In this document: positions 1 to 12,554 of the stretch, in pieces
Position numbering within the stretch: position 1 is the stretch's first letter
How the letters are laid out: each line of letters begins with the position of its first letter
Notes under the pieces: generated by a model
What the model was told of the DNA's origin: nothing
The model's database searches: none
The model's input: the letters and a program-made list of their open reading frames with translations, nothing else
Origin: Rhodosorus marinus CCMP1338
Taxonomy: Eukaryota > Plantae > Rhodophyta
Length of the DNA: 64,000 bases
Direction: 5' to 3'
NCBI GenBank assembly: GCA_029953675.1
Contig: JAMWBK010000006.1
Location: 930,001 to 994,000 of the forward strand
Translations under genes and position numbers: made by a program

Positions 1-3000
1 GTGAACGAGCATCTTGTAATGTGTGGTGATGGGTGCGATGGCGGAGTTCGCCGGGTAAGGCGTCAGTCAGTATCCTAGCTTTTGCAGTTAATTGTTTAGT
101 CTACTTGGTGATGTTGAGCTGAACTTTCCGAGGCGTGTTGTGGACAACGTTTGTCAGATGACAGTTGACACTGACTTTAAAGTCAATCTCAAGCTACAGC
201 TCGTGCTGGAAAACTTCTCACCAGTCTCAAGCTTCGACTACGACCCGAATGAACAGGAGCTCTTCGTGTGTTCTGGAATAGGCAAGAGCGGCACACTACG
301 CCGACTTCAACTCAGCGTCCCGATACATACACTGAGCAGAACTGAATCAATATTTGTGGGTTGCAATCGAATTTGGTCTCTGAAAACCAAGACCAGCGAC
401 CGTCACCACTCCTTTCTCGTGATTTCATACATTGACTCAACAACAAGTGTGCTGGCCGTGGACCAAAGCGGAAACCACTTGACCGACAACACCGCTGAGC
501 ATGGATTGCTGCTCCAGCAAGCAACAATCGCAGTCGGTCTGCTTGTTGAAAACGTACCGGCACAGGTCCATTCTGAAGGGATACGAATTGGCCACCTTTC
601 AGACAAACCTGGAATCGCCCCGAAAACAGCCGATTGGGTGTTCCCGAGTGGAACAAAGGTCAATGCTGCTGTGGTGGTGGAAGCGTAAGTTCATCACTCT
701 AGCTGGTCACGTCGCAAGCAGCCTCCTGAGCCGTTGACCCAATTTCGTTACGCTCCTATTCAAAACCTCAGAGCGATCTACGTGGCCTACATAGCAGCGG
801 ATAAAGGTCCACAGATTACTCGGTTTGAACTCAGCGATGGTGCTCTTATTGAGAGCTGTACTCAACGCCTCAAACATGAAGTTTCGTGCATGGAGCCATT
901 CCCTGAGAAGTCAGCACTAGTCCTCGGAACGAGGTTACCATCTCTGGAAATAAGGGACGTGGTTCGGTTGGAGATGCTCCGCGAGTACCCTTTGAGTGAT
1001 TGGAACCTTCTGCCGCAGCTCCCTCGCCAGAAGGATCCGGCGATCCTGAAGCAACTGAAGCCAACGCAGCGCGCACCTGTAAGTGACGATGTCTGGGAGA
1101 TTGTTAACCCACAAGTGAACCTCCTATTTGTCTATTCTGATCCCCCGTTTGTCCATCGCGTTGCTAGGGTATTCCTGAATCCGTGTGCGTCCACGTTGAC
1201 GAGGCAGGCCCCACTGTAGTTGCCAGCCTACGTGGCGGCATGTTAATCACATGGACTATCAGAGATGGATTCACACTCGAGCACAAGCAGACGAAGTTTA
1301 TAGACTTTTCTTCTGGACAGGTAGGATCTTCACAACGAAGTTGAGGGCATCTCGATCTTCCACTGACAGTAGCTAATACCTGGGTCTCTGTCGGCTGCTC
1401 TTTACAAAGCTCATTCATGCGCGCTTAGAATCGTCGCCAGCACTGATTTTGCTTTCGGAGCGCCTCTGGCTTGTCCGGTTCAGGGACGGTCGTATCTCAT
1501 GTGACCCGACGTCGTTGAAGGAGGTAGGTGTTGTCTCCACGCTCTGTACCTGGCCTTGCTCAAGGAGAGCTGCGCCTACCCTTTATGTACTGTTTGACGA
1601 GCAACTAGTCTCGCTCGATAGTTGAACTCGACAGCTGGCGACTTGCATGTTACACGATTAAGGCTGACTTCGTTGCGCTTGCTCAAATCCTGGCCCTTCT
1701 TCCCAACCTTTCAGGCGGACGCCGTAGTACCGTTTAGCTTGGCGGAGCTTGGCAGCTGCCTTATCGTAATATCGAAGGGAGCCTTGTTGATAACGAAGCC
1801 AAGGCGGACGTTGGTTTGTACAAAGAAGATCCTCTTGCGTGCAACTCCTCGACGGGTCCTACTCGAACGCGGACCGGATGGCAGAAAGTGCGAGAAAGAA
1901 AGCAAAGTTGGCTCTAAAGTTTTTGGCTTTCTAGCGGCAGGGTGAAAAGCCTTATCCTTCCCTGTTTTCTCTAATCGAGCGAACAGGATCTTCGTTGTTG
2001 CCACGTACGAGAGCGGAAGCCGTCACGAGTCTAGAATCAGAGTTTTTGACTATGAAACTAACGAGCAGGTCTGTGCGAGCATGAGGATACCGAGCTCGAT
2101 CGTGAATGCAATAATCTCGTGGAACGGGTACGAAGTTGAAAGCTGATTGCACTGTGAACTACTTTCACTCCAATTAGCGTTTTGGGGGTTCCGAATGCGT
2201 TTGCCTAATTTGCAACTGCTGGCTGCAGGTTCATCGTCGCTGGGCTCTCGGTAGAAGACGCAAGAACTGATTGGATTGAACCTGTTTGGAGCAATCGTAC
2301 GGGCAACTTTCGCATGAAACAACCGGGTAGACTCATGTTTTTCAAAATAGATGAGCAGGACCCGCTAGATGTGAGTTATCAGCATGAGCATTCTAGACTC
2401 GCCGCCCCACTTGACGAAGAACTCAGCTGAGTCGATATCCAATTACGCAGGCACGAACTCACCATCCATACGTGTTGCGGGAAATGTACCGTCAGAACAG
2501 TCTGTTCGCGAACACCGGTGAAGTATTCGCATTGGCAGTTCATGCACAGACTGGGAGGCTGCTTGTCGGCATGCATAACGTGCTTGTCATCTGCTCAGAG
2601 GTAGTTGAAAGCAAGCATCTTTGTTGTCATTGGAACCCGGCCCGAGGAGCGGTGCTGTGCATCAGAATCTCATGAATGCAACTCGTTCTCTTCCTTTCCG
2701 TTGATTGCAGGATGGAGAGAATGCACCCCGTCTCAATCTCGGCCCCTTTTTTAGAGGAAAGATTGTTTCCATTTCTTGTTTTGGGGAGACGTTGGCTGTG
2801 TGTGACGAAAAGGATTCAGTAGAGCTGTTCAGCTTTGCCCAGAGTACGATCAGTTTACTGCCGTTATTCAGAGACGTGCAGCGAAGGGTGAGAGGAACTT
2901 CCCTATCCAACTGGAACTGTCCGGAAGTACTGTTTCCCTGAGCGGTTCAATTTCACGAATTTTTGTGTTCTCCTCAGCCCGTTGCCAGCTGCCTCATGGT

Positions 3001-3729
3001 TGATGAGGTGTTTATTGCTTGTTCGGATAAGCACGGAGGCTTGTTTACCCTCCATCCTCCAGAGGGACACCAACAGGGAGCCAGATCGCTGAACGTGGCT
3101 CAGTCGGCGTTCTCTGGTGAATTCTTGGTCGGTCTTAAGCGCGGCAGACTATCCTACGTTGATGTTAATAGAGTACGGACTGCTTGGGAAAGGACGAAAT
3201 GGATTGTTGAAGGCGCTGTAACTGAAGTGCATACGTTAATTTTATGTAGGAACGAGTGGTCGACGAGTCCTGTCGAGGATACTCGATGTTGAGAAGCGGC
3301 GATTGTATCATTGCGGTTGGCATGAATGGGGGGGTGTTCTGTTTTGTACCTCTTGAAAAAACTGACTATGACGCTCTTGCTCGGTTGGAGGAGATCGCGT
3401 TATATGAAGGATGGGTTCAGCCCCTGCTTGGAAACGACCACTCTCGGTACAGTAAAAGCCGTGATCGTCGGCGACTGTCGTTCTGGCGTGCTCACGCTAA
3501 CATTGGACCCATTTTTCTGGCTGCTGCTAGGTATCGGGCTGGTCTTCGTCAAAAAAGTTCGGGAATTATTGACGGAGACCTGTTGAATATTCTGAAGTGG
3601 TCAGAAATTCTGCCTTCAACAAGTGAAGGCGATGTACAGATGTCTAGTGTTATGCCAACGGATGGAAACGAAGGAGACCTCGCCACCTCCGACACAAGAA
3701 ACTTGGTAGAGTTTCTGATCGAGTATTGA
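1..3729 (+). CDS. SF3B3/Rse1/DDB1/CPSF1-family triple beta-propeller protein, multi-exon, 5' end outside window
   Basis: Chained + strand ORFs 92-688, 734-1219, 2472-2675, 2705-2941, 2963-3292 and 3256-3729, separated by GT-AG introns. The segment ELFVCSGIGKSGTLRRLQ...IWSLK...FLVISY is typical of the family's second propeller. LAVCDEKDSVELFSF...PVASCLMVDEVFIACSDKHG resembles the CPSF_A-type C-terminal propeller. Exact paralogue not resolved. Confidence 0.75.
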
Positions 3730-4099
3730 GCAATCGTCAGGAGACCTCTGCATCGGTATCTTTTCTGAAGCCAGTAGCCTTAAATGCCATGGTGTCCATA
3801 GAACGTGCTACTGGTTCAAGATGTATAAGTAGATGAAATGACGCGACGCTTCACGACGGAGACAAAGCAAACTCCAGATTGTGATCGGGTAGGTGAATAC
3901 TGACTATTTTCTTTCAACTTTAATAGATATAGACCAATTAAATCTAAGGATGAGGACTGAAGTCCTAAGCTCAGATGATTGGATTATTGCAAGATAAATC
4001 GCCATAATTCTAGATGGCAAAACCTCGAGAGTCGGATTGCTTTCACAATTGGGCGGGACAAGTTGGGTTCAGTGCTCCGCTGAAAAGGTATCGAGCACC

Positions 4100-4350
4100 T
4101 ACCTGTTCTATATCGTGATTGCAGACGAGTTTGCTGGTTCTACATTTCCGAGTCCCACTTGTCCGAGTGAACTGAAACTGATGCACCTGGGACCCGCTGT
4201 ATGCTCGCAGGTGTGTGCATGGCAAGACCAGCAAACAGACAATCCGGGGTGGGGCGGATCCCTTCAGATTACCCTGGTCACCCTACTGAGCTACATCGGC
4301 TCGATGTGGTCGACACGCAGCTCAAGCACGTAATACTCGAGGTGGAGTTC
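4100..4350 (+). mobile_element. Possible highly decayed Ty3/gypsy RT-RNase H junction fragment
   Basis: ORF 4037-4333 reads ELKLMHLGPAV...QTDNPGWGGSLQ...LSYIGS...YS. This loosely follows the gypsy pattern LK..L..aPvL...TDAS..GwGavL.Q...vaY.S...YS. Motif similarity only. Confidence 0.25.
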
Positions 4351-4899
4351 AAGGTGCTGCAGGGCCAGCAAGGAGCCGGCTCAGATCTTTGAGGTGGTGC
4401 TGATGAGGATAACGGGGTCGTGGAAATTACAGAACTTGTCCTGACCGCCTGACATCCTGAACATCCTGAACCGCTGTGTAATTTGTTTACTCGCCAGGCT
4501 CCTGGCCATTAGAAGCAAGTGTATACCTTGGTTCTCCGAAGACAGCATCTACCTCAGCGTAACTCCTCCTGACGGGAACTAATAATGAGGCAATGACGAA
4601 ACGTAGTACTTCTGTAGCAGGTCTGTCCTGGTCTCCACAGAATTCAACTATGTGTCAACCAAAAGCCGCACCAAAACCAGAAACAGCTTAAAACCTTCAA
4701 ACCAAAAAAAGGAAGAAAAGGTCTCCTGAAGCAAGCCCAACATTCTCTATCACACGACTCCGCTATAATAAATTATCAGGACTTGACACATCCTCTCTGC
4801 TCCCCACGTCCGTTGACGATTCGATGCACATCGGACGTGCCTCATGCACGCTAAGTCCCAGCCGTCCCAGCCACATCCAGAAATGAAACAATCTAGTCC

Positions 4900-5306
4900 C
4901 ATTGATCCCAGACTGTTTTTTGGGACTAAACGAAGGCGCGGAAGAGCATGTTTTTCCGATAAGAAATCCGTACCGACTCTGTCCTTTGTTTATTGGACAA
5001 GCAGGTTTTACAGGTCAGCCTTCTATCCATCAATTTTACCAATCATCCTTCTATTGCATACTAATCAATATATAATTGGTTAACGTCACTTGTCCACTAC
5101 TAGAATAAACTTAATTCACGAAAACTCACTTCGCGACGATCGAACCACCAACTGCTCCTTCTCAAAAGTAAATTTCCGTTCATTAAATCTTCTATTTTCT
5201 TCAATAGAAATGGAACAATTTTTTGAACCATGCTGAAGACTGGTAAGAGAAGAAACTTTTTTCTTTTGAAGCCAGTTTTCAAAAACTCAAATATTATGAA
5301 AAGCAA
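4900..5306 (-). mobile_element. Decayed LINE (CR1/L2/Jockey-like) reverse transcriptase fossil
   Basis: Minus-strand remnants occur in canonical order: LLPVFSMVQKIV...NLLLRRSSWWF (ISLLPVFSK..EKIV...NLL...Q.GF), LYID*YAIEG*LVKL (YlD.sKAFD...L.KL), CLSNKQR (FLSNRKQR) and VPKNSLG (VPQGSvLG). Stops and frameshifts throughout. Confidence 0.5.
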
Positions 5307-6901
5307 GCCTTCCCCCCTCCCCTCTTCCCCCCGAGAAAAACTCCGTTCAAGAAGAAAAAGGATTCATTTTTCGCAGATGTGGTGTCAGAAAGCGGGAATA
5401 TTGTCTAACGTCAAGATCACGTCATGACCCTCCATCAGCTCCATATGATACCCCCATTGTAACTTAGGTTCCAATTTTCCTTTTGACTTTACGCAGACCC
5501 TCCAAGAAGATGGCAAACAACGGCATATCTTTCTATAAAGTTCTACTCAATCAAGCTTTTCAAGTTTTGCTTCCTTTGCCACCAACCCTAGATTCAAGAT
5601 CATGTTCTCATATCCATATTCATTCCAGCGCAGAGGAAGGGGGTAGAAGCGCCAGACCTACTCACACCAGAAACAGTACGATGTACACACATTCCCCCTT
5701 CACCTAAATACGTACTAACATATACTAACTCGTAAATAATAGAATTGACGAGCTTCCATCGAATAAATTGTAGCTTAAACCTCACCACCAATCAAATCCG
5801 TACATTTTCAGGTTTTTCTTTTTGTTTACTCAGCAGCTCAAGCCGTACCCCCCTCTCCGGGCCATGTGCCTCCGGTGGCACATTTAGACAACCCTGGCAG
5901 ATATCTTATCTAAAATTAGTTTAATTTAATAGAAACCGACGAGCTACATCAAAAAAAGCAAAACACTATCTATCCGGGAGTATTTGGAGAATTCGGAGGG
6001 CATTCCTGTCTCCATTGGTTGCCTCCAGGTGCTAACCATGAAGGAAAATACCGTAAAACGAATCTTATGGATGTAGGCCTCTTTTCATCGCTAAAAACAT
6101 TTCCCCGTAGTGACTTTGGATATTATTTTTAAAAACTTTGTTTTTGTCTTCCCGTCCTAATCCCATCTTACACATCCCGTGGGTGAAAATAAAATTACTA
6201 GAGGATCCCAAAAATTCACCTCTCCCCCCCCCCCCCGCTCATATTTCTTGATTCGATACAATTCGGTGGCCCAATAAAATATTTAGATTTTCAATTTTTG
6301 AGGAGAACAAAGGTCGTAATTTTTTCAATGATGGAGAAGGGGAGGGGGTTCGATGATAACTAGAAAAACTATACAAAAACCCCTGGGGTTTTGCGTTTAT
6401 GGAGATGGTGAAGATGGGGACTCGAGTGACATTTTTAGTTTCTTTGCGGGGGGTGTATATATATGTTCCAGCTTTTTTGGGGGGAGGAAGGGTTTGGAGG
6501 ACTCGGCCAGGGCTCTTGAGACGAGGGAGGGTAGAGTGAGTTAGGACGTTGTATAAACAGCTTTCATAGCGAAGGATCGAGAGGCGAGAATTTTTTTTCA
6601 AGAGCTTGGTTAAGTGAGGATTTTATTTTTTTTCCGTTCTGGTCCATGCGACATTGCTCTGGGATTGCTGGTGGAGGAGGTTTGGGTTTTGGCGTTCTGG
6701 GATGATGAAGGTTTTTTTTATGAGGGTTGCCGATTCGAGATTTGGTACGTGGAGGATTAGGAAGCCGTGAAGTGGAGGTGTGGTTTTGTTTGTTCTGGGG
6801 ACGTTTTGTTCTGATCGGTGGACGGTGTGGGAGGTACATAGGCTGTGATGATGATGGGGGCTCTTGCAGCTGGACCGAGGCGGAGTGCAGGCGGTGGAGA
6901 A

Positions 6902-8318
6902 ATGAAGACGGAGGAAACGGAAGGAACGTTGAAAGTACTAGTTCCTGGAGATGTAGTCATGGCAAAGATGGTGAGTAGGAGCTTTTTCCACTTTGTTCGT
7001 TGCCAGACGTTCGAGTGACTCCCTGCCGGCCACGTCAACTGATCTCATTTGCTTGTTTCACGTTATCTTCAATGACTAGGTTGGGTATCCATGGTGGCCA
7101 AGCGTTGTTGAGAGTGAGGATTCGATTCCAGATGACATTCAAGATGAGAAGCCTGAAGATTTCGAGGATGAAACTTTGCTGCCAGTGCGTTTCCTTGGTG
7201 ACAAGTCCTACGCGTGGTTGCCAGTGTCTGCATTGATACCCTTTTCGTCTGACAATCAAAAGTCAATGAAAAGTAGTTTCAAGAACCGAAGAAACGCGAG
7301 CAAAAAGTTGTTCCTGAAGGGTCTGAGCGAGGCGAGCGTGCTCCATAGGAAACAGAAGCACGGAAGTATAGAGGAACCTGAGAACAATAATTCGAGATCG
7401 CCGCCCTTGCCTCGCCATTCGATTGTATCTGAAGCAGAGAGCGAGGAGTGCGCTACTGCAAAAGATGAAGCAACCACGGGCTCCCCCAAGGCGGATAACA
7501 GAGTGGGTGTAGACTTGCAAGGATTCTCAAGAATGTCAGCCGGAGCGAAACAATCAGGTTATCGTGCTCTGCCTTCAGATCAACCCCAAGAGAGAGAAAA
7601 GTCAGGGACAATTCGAAAGTCAATCGACGCGGGTTCAGCTGCACATGTACCTGAGAGGCTGATGAAGACCGACAAGGTACCAGCTGAGGAGAAAGCAAAA
7701 GCGACGACGCTCGCGGAGACCAAAGATAGCAGCGGTCGAAAGCGTGGTGTTCATAGTAGGAAAACGAAGGACGACGGGGCAGATGCCAAAGCCACAAGCA
7801 AAAGGAGGAGACCTCCAACTAAAAAGATGAGGAAAACGGAATCCAAGCGATCGGAAAAGTCAAACAGCCCCGATTCATCGGGGACAAAGTTAAATAGACT
7901 TCCGGATTTATCGTCAACCTCAAATTCATATGTGTCGACTACCGGGGAATTACCTCGCGAGAGCAACAGCGAGGATGCATTTGTTCAAGATTCCGCAGCA
8001 CTTGTTGGCAGTGCGAACCTTCCAGAACGAGGAGAATATCGCGAGCAGTTTACAGGAGCCAAAGCTTCCAAGGCGAGGCAATCGTTGGTAACACCTCCGT
8101 TCCAAAAGTCCGAGATGAAATCGGAACTCAGGATACTGTCCGAGGTTTCACCACCTCTCAAAAGTGGAAGGAGTGACACTAGAATTTTGAACCGGTCGTT
8201 TGGGGAGTCGTCGGAGCTGAGCAACAGCTCTGAGCAGCTTAGGCTCTCGAGCGGTGCGGACGCGTTGCTAATGCGTGAGGAAGACGTGGCCTTTTTACTT
8301 GTTAATTTAAGGAACTAA
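6902..8318 (+). CDS. PWWP-domain protein with long low-complexity basic C-terminus (2 exons: 6902-6970, 7080-8318)
   Basis: Splicing the GT-AG intron 6971-7079 gives MKTEETEGTLKVLVPGDVVMAKM|VGYPWWPSVV...LLPVRFLGDKSYAWLP, a complete PWWP signature, in frame with ORF 7176-8318. Confidence 0.9.
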
Positions 8319-8688
8319 CTTCGTTCGTCCAGGAGGGGAGTTGATGTACAGTTTGTAACCCGCAGTGTTTATATTATTTGGTCTTGCGGCGGTTTGTTTG
8401 TTCCCTTGATGGGAGACGATACGGAAGCCACTTGTTACATGGCGAACAGCTAGATTCCCGGATAGCGGTCGCAGGTGTACTAAACAAGGAATTAATCAGC
8501 GTTCAACCCGGGGTTTGGGCGAGATGCGCAACAAGGAACTCGCGTCTCTTGCCGTGCCTTCAGTCAACTGGATAGAGTGTGATGGTCTTCTCAACGGTCC
8601 AGGGATTGTTGCCTTGAAAATCCTCGTCTTGGCGAGTTTGCCTAAGTGTGGGTAATGCCCATGTTTCACCACTGTCAATACAAGTTAT

Positions 8689-9277
8689 TTATGTAAAGCC
8701 TACTTTCTTTTCCTTCGGAGTTACGATTTGTGACTTGCGGAACAGAGCCATTTGAATGGCCGTCATACCCCACTCCTTAGCGTGGGACTTGTCTCCCGTT
8801 GATCGTGCCAACGCGTGGCTCTCCTCTGGGCAAGTCAACACTCCAAAGATCATTGGAATACCTGTCTGCAACTGAAGGGACATGAGACCGGAGCTCACAG
8901 CCTGTGCAATGTACTCGTAGTGGTCCGTTTCACCCTTAATGAGAACTCCACAGCAGATTACAGCGTCCAACTTTTGGGTCATAGCCATGAACCGTGCGGC
9001 GATCGGCAACTCGAATGATCCAGGAACCTGCACAAGAAGGGAATTCTATTAAAACCTCCAACTCCTTACTTCCCTTAACAAATGTGAGCAACGAAACTGA
9101 AACGACAGCCAATACCTCAACTTCCACAATATTTTCGTCCTTAACCTTGCATTCAAGCAGAGACGACTTCGCGTCCTTCACGAGCGCGGAGATCATTTCC
9201 TTCCCCCACTTGGCATAAACTATCCCAACTCTCAGTTCGGATCCATCCATCGATTCAAAATCTACTCCCTTCGCCAT
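8689..9277 (-). CDS. ribH: 6,7-dimethyl-8-ribityllumazine synthase (2 exons, intron 9028-9115)
   Basis: LRVGIVYAKW, VPGSFELP, DAVICCGVLIKGETDHYEYIA and IPMIFGVLT are lumazine synthase motifs. ORFs 8936-9301 and 8689-9033 join in frame. Confidence 0.95.
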
Positions 9278-11170
9278 TCGGACAACATGCCTGCTATGCA
9301 ATGGACGAAAATGAAACAGATTTCACAAAGAGCACCGAAGCTCAGCACAACTTGACACGGAGGCCGCCGAAAACGAGCCAAAACAGCCACGCTATGCCTT
9401 TTGATCCACGGCATACCTCTGCGCGTGCACACGACCACGAGCCGATTTCGCCAAGCTCGATTGCCTCCCCCCAACCCCTGCTCCAGATACGAAAGCCATG
9501 ATCTAATACCTCGCAACGTCCAAAGAAAAAAAAAAAGACGAACGGCAAAAACAACAAGCGCACTCTTTAGATCCTCAAGGAACTTCTCCCCTGTCTCCTT
9601 TACCCCTATCCCTTCTCTCGCTGTGCTTGAAAACCTAGAAATTCCCTCCGGGCATCACACCCCTTCCCCTTCTCCCACGTCTTTCCAGAGCCCCTCATTT
9701 CGTATATCATGGCCATCACCAAAAGAACTACATCACCAAACTAAACCATTGATTTCAACACCGAAAACAATGGTGTCAGAGCGTTTGGAACACCACATTT
9801 CATTGCCCACCGTTTGTGGGATGGTGAGATTGTGGATTCGCTAGAGGGAAGGAAGATCCTCTTCCACGATTCCAGCTTAGATCAAAAGCCATAACTCTTG
9901 AGACTCTCTCTGAACAACGCGCTTTGCGTGCTATCTCTACTCGTGGGAGGGTCGTCCTACTCTCAATCGTGTTCCAAAGCCTACCAAATAAACAATGCCC
10001 ATCACATCAGCCAAGGGAAAGCTCGATGCGCTGTGGCAGAAAACCAATACCGAGAAACTTAAATCGTTTCTGATGTGTTGTATAGATTGAATCTTCTCTG
10101 GTGTGTATCTAAAGCGCAGGCCTCGCTGTGTTTGCGCGGTCACAAAGGACGACTACTATACCTTCCAGACATGACCGTGCCTCGCAGCCATTGATAAACT
10201 GGTCAAGACTGCACGGCGTTCCAAGCATCCGATCTCGATCAGAACCCCCCCCCCCCAAAAAAAAAAAACGAGAATCAATTCCCGCGGAGATTTTTATCGC
10301 TATATGCTCTATAGAGTGCGACAGGCAACCCCTTTTTTCCAGCAAATTAACAGACTATACTTTAAAATACGATAATATTACCGAATATGTTATAAACTGG
10401 TCCGTCTTCATGATTTGGGTATATTCATGTATAATTAGGAAACTGTCTAATTCAGGTTAATTTGTATGTTCCTCGACGGCACAGGAGAGTTGTTCTTAAA
10501 TGATGATCGAACATGTCGTTAATTTGGTTAATTCAAGGCCCAAATTGAAATTGAAATGCCCCTTTTTTGTAATTGTTTTCGGGATGAGTCGTGGGTTCGT
10601 TGTTTTCGGTTTTGGACGGGTTTTTCCGCTGAGTTAAGTCGTCGGTGGTTTCGGAACTAGACGGACTGCCGACTTCTCTCTACTAGGCTGCTCTTCGGAA
10701 TGAAATGGGTACCTTACAACGTTCCAAAGATTCTTCTGAAGAGGTCTTCTTTGAAAGGGTTTGACTTATTCGTTAAACCCCCTCCTCCCTTCCCTCCTTT
10801 AAAAGGGAAAAGAAAACTGGGTGAAGAGAATGTCGACTTCTTGTTTTCTGCTCTTCTGGCTTGCCGGTGATGGAAATGGCCATGTCGTTCCAGGGGTCAT
10901 CACAGGAGTCGTCATAGGAGCCGTCCTGGGAGAGGGTTTCGAGGTATTTAAGAGCTCTTAAACAGAAGCAGACGTAGGATAGATGGATGTAGAGGAGATT
11001 TAGCAAGAGCTTCTGGGTTCCTATGCGAGCAGTGGTTTCGGTGAGATAGGGTTTTATCTGGTTTTGGATGCGAACCGCGTGTGATTATAAGGGTTGCTCC
11101 GTGAAGGAATTTGTGGAGACCTCTCCTATTTGCTTTCTTAGATTGTTCCTGTACATCGTGGGAGTAAGAG

Positions 11171-12053
11171 ATGGCCGACCCTGAGGGAACGGGTGCCGAT
11201 TCGGCGAGCAAATTGGCACCGTCGAAACCAAATTCGGATGGTCAGAAACCTCCAGTGAATATACAGATCAAGGTATGTGGTCCGCTTGTGAACCTTTCTG
11301 TTGTTCTTTTCGCCTTCGAAGAACCCGTGTTTAGTGTTTAAACTTGCCGAACTCGCCTCTCGCTTCTCGCTTCTTGCCTCCAGGTCGGCATGGTGGGAGA
11401 CCCAGCCGTTGGAAAGACCTCGCTGATGGTGAAATATGTGGAGAATAGGTTCGATGAGGACTACATACAAACGCTAGGAATTAACTTCATGGAAAAAATT
11501 ATTGCCCTAAGGGAGAAAACAGTGACGTTCACGATTTTTGATCTCGGCGGAGAGTCCGAATTCAATGGAATGATGCCTTTGGTGTGCTCCGACGCATCTG
11601 CTATGCTGTTTATGTTCGACTTGACCCGGAGGGCAACTCTACAGAGTGTGAAGGAGTGGTACAGACAAGCCCGGGGCTTCAATCAGGTTTGCGACTTCCC
11701 CACTGAAAGTCTTGCTGAAGGGACGTTATGTTTTAGCTGGAAAACCCCAATCGACCTAATTCGCGTTACGTTCTTCCTTTTTCTTGTACGTCGAATTTAC
11801 ACAGACTTTTATTCCTTTCCTAGTGGGCACCAAGTATGATCAGTTCACCCAGCAGAGTGCAGAGAGACAGGAGAGCACTGTTAAACAAGCTCGAAAATAT
11901 GCCGCCGGCATGAAATCGCCGTTGATATTCACCTCCTCTTCCCACTCGATAAATGTCCAGAAGCTGTTTAAGGTTGTGCTCGCGAAACGCTTCAACCTAA
12001 AAGTCAACGTGCCTCAGATGACGAAGATGGGCGAGCCCGTTCTGGAGTACTAG
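11171..12053 (+). CDS. TEM1: Spg1/Tem1-family small GTPase (3 exons: 11171-11272, 11384-11686, 11805-12053)
   Basis: KVGMVGDPAVGKTSLMVKYVE, DYIQTLGINFMEK, DLGG, LFMFDLTR..TL.SVKEWYRQARGFN and VGTKYD match Spg1/Tem1. Canonical introns restore the frame. Confidence 0.92.
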
Positions 12054-12554
12054 ACCGCCAACCAGGGTAGATGTCAGCGGGCCTCAGTCGGCACCTGCTC
12101 TCTATCGCTTAGGCCAGATTCGCAATTGCAACCCAGATGCTTTACATCAACGCAAGAGACGACGCCACTTTCATGAACCTAGCTCAGAAGATGAGCAGAG
12201 ATCATGCCAAGCACAAGCGCAAGAACTGCAGGCTACTTGGAACGCTAGTTTGAGTGCGCCCAGGGAGTCGCTGTTTCTTGGCTCGTTGGCTCATAAGGAA
12301 ATAGGCTGTGAATACTACATCAATTTCGTAGACATTGGATATTCTTGTAAACGTTAACATATATCCTTTCATCATCACAAACGGCGAAGCTCACCTCTGA
12401 ATCCGTTTTCTTTGCAGTGCTCCTGAACAGCAAACGCACGTTTACGTTTATGAAAAAATATTTGATCCTGAATCAGCATAAGCACGGATTGTCTGGAATG
12501 GCACTCTTCCCGGCACCAGCGTAGAAGGTATGGGTCTTGAACGGTATCGTGGTG

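Noticed and set aside
9770-9835. Two mutually exclusive imperfect hairpins about 500 nt upstream of ribH, suggesting a riboswitch
   Set aside because: No FMN-aptamer consensus, stems depend on many G-U pairs, and FMN riboswitches are not established in eukaryotes. Chance structure is likely.
10830-10961. 43-codon hydrophobic ORF (MSTSCFLLFWLAG...) upstream of TEM1
   Set aside because: Too short to support without expression data; could be a chance ORF or uORF.
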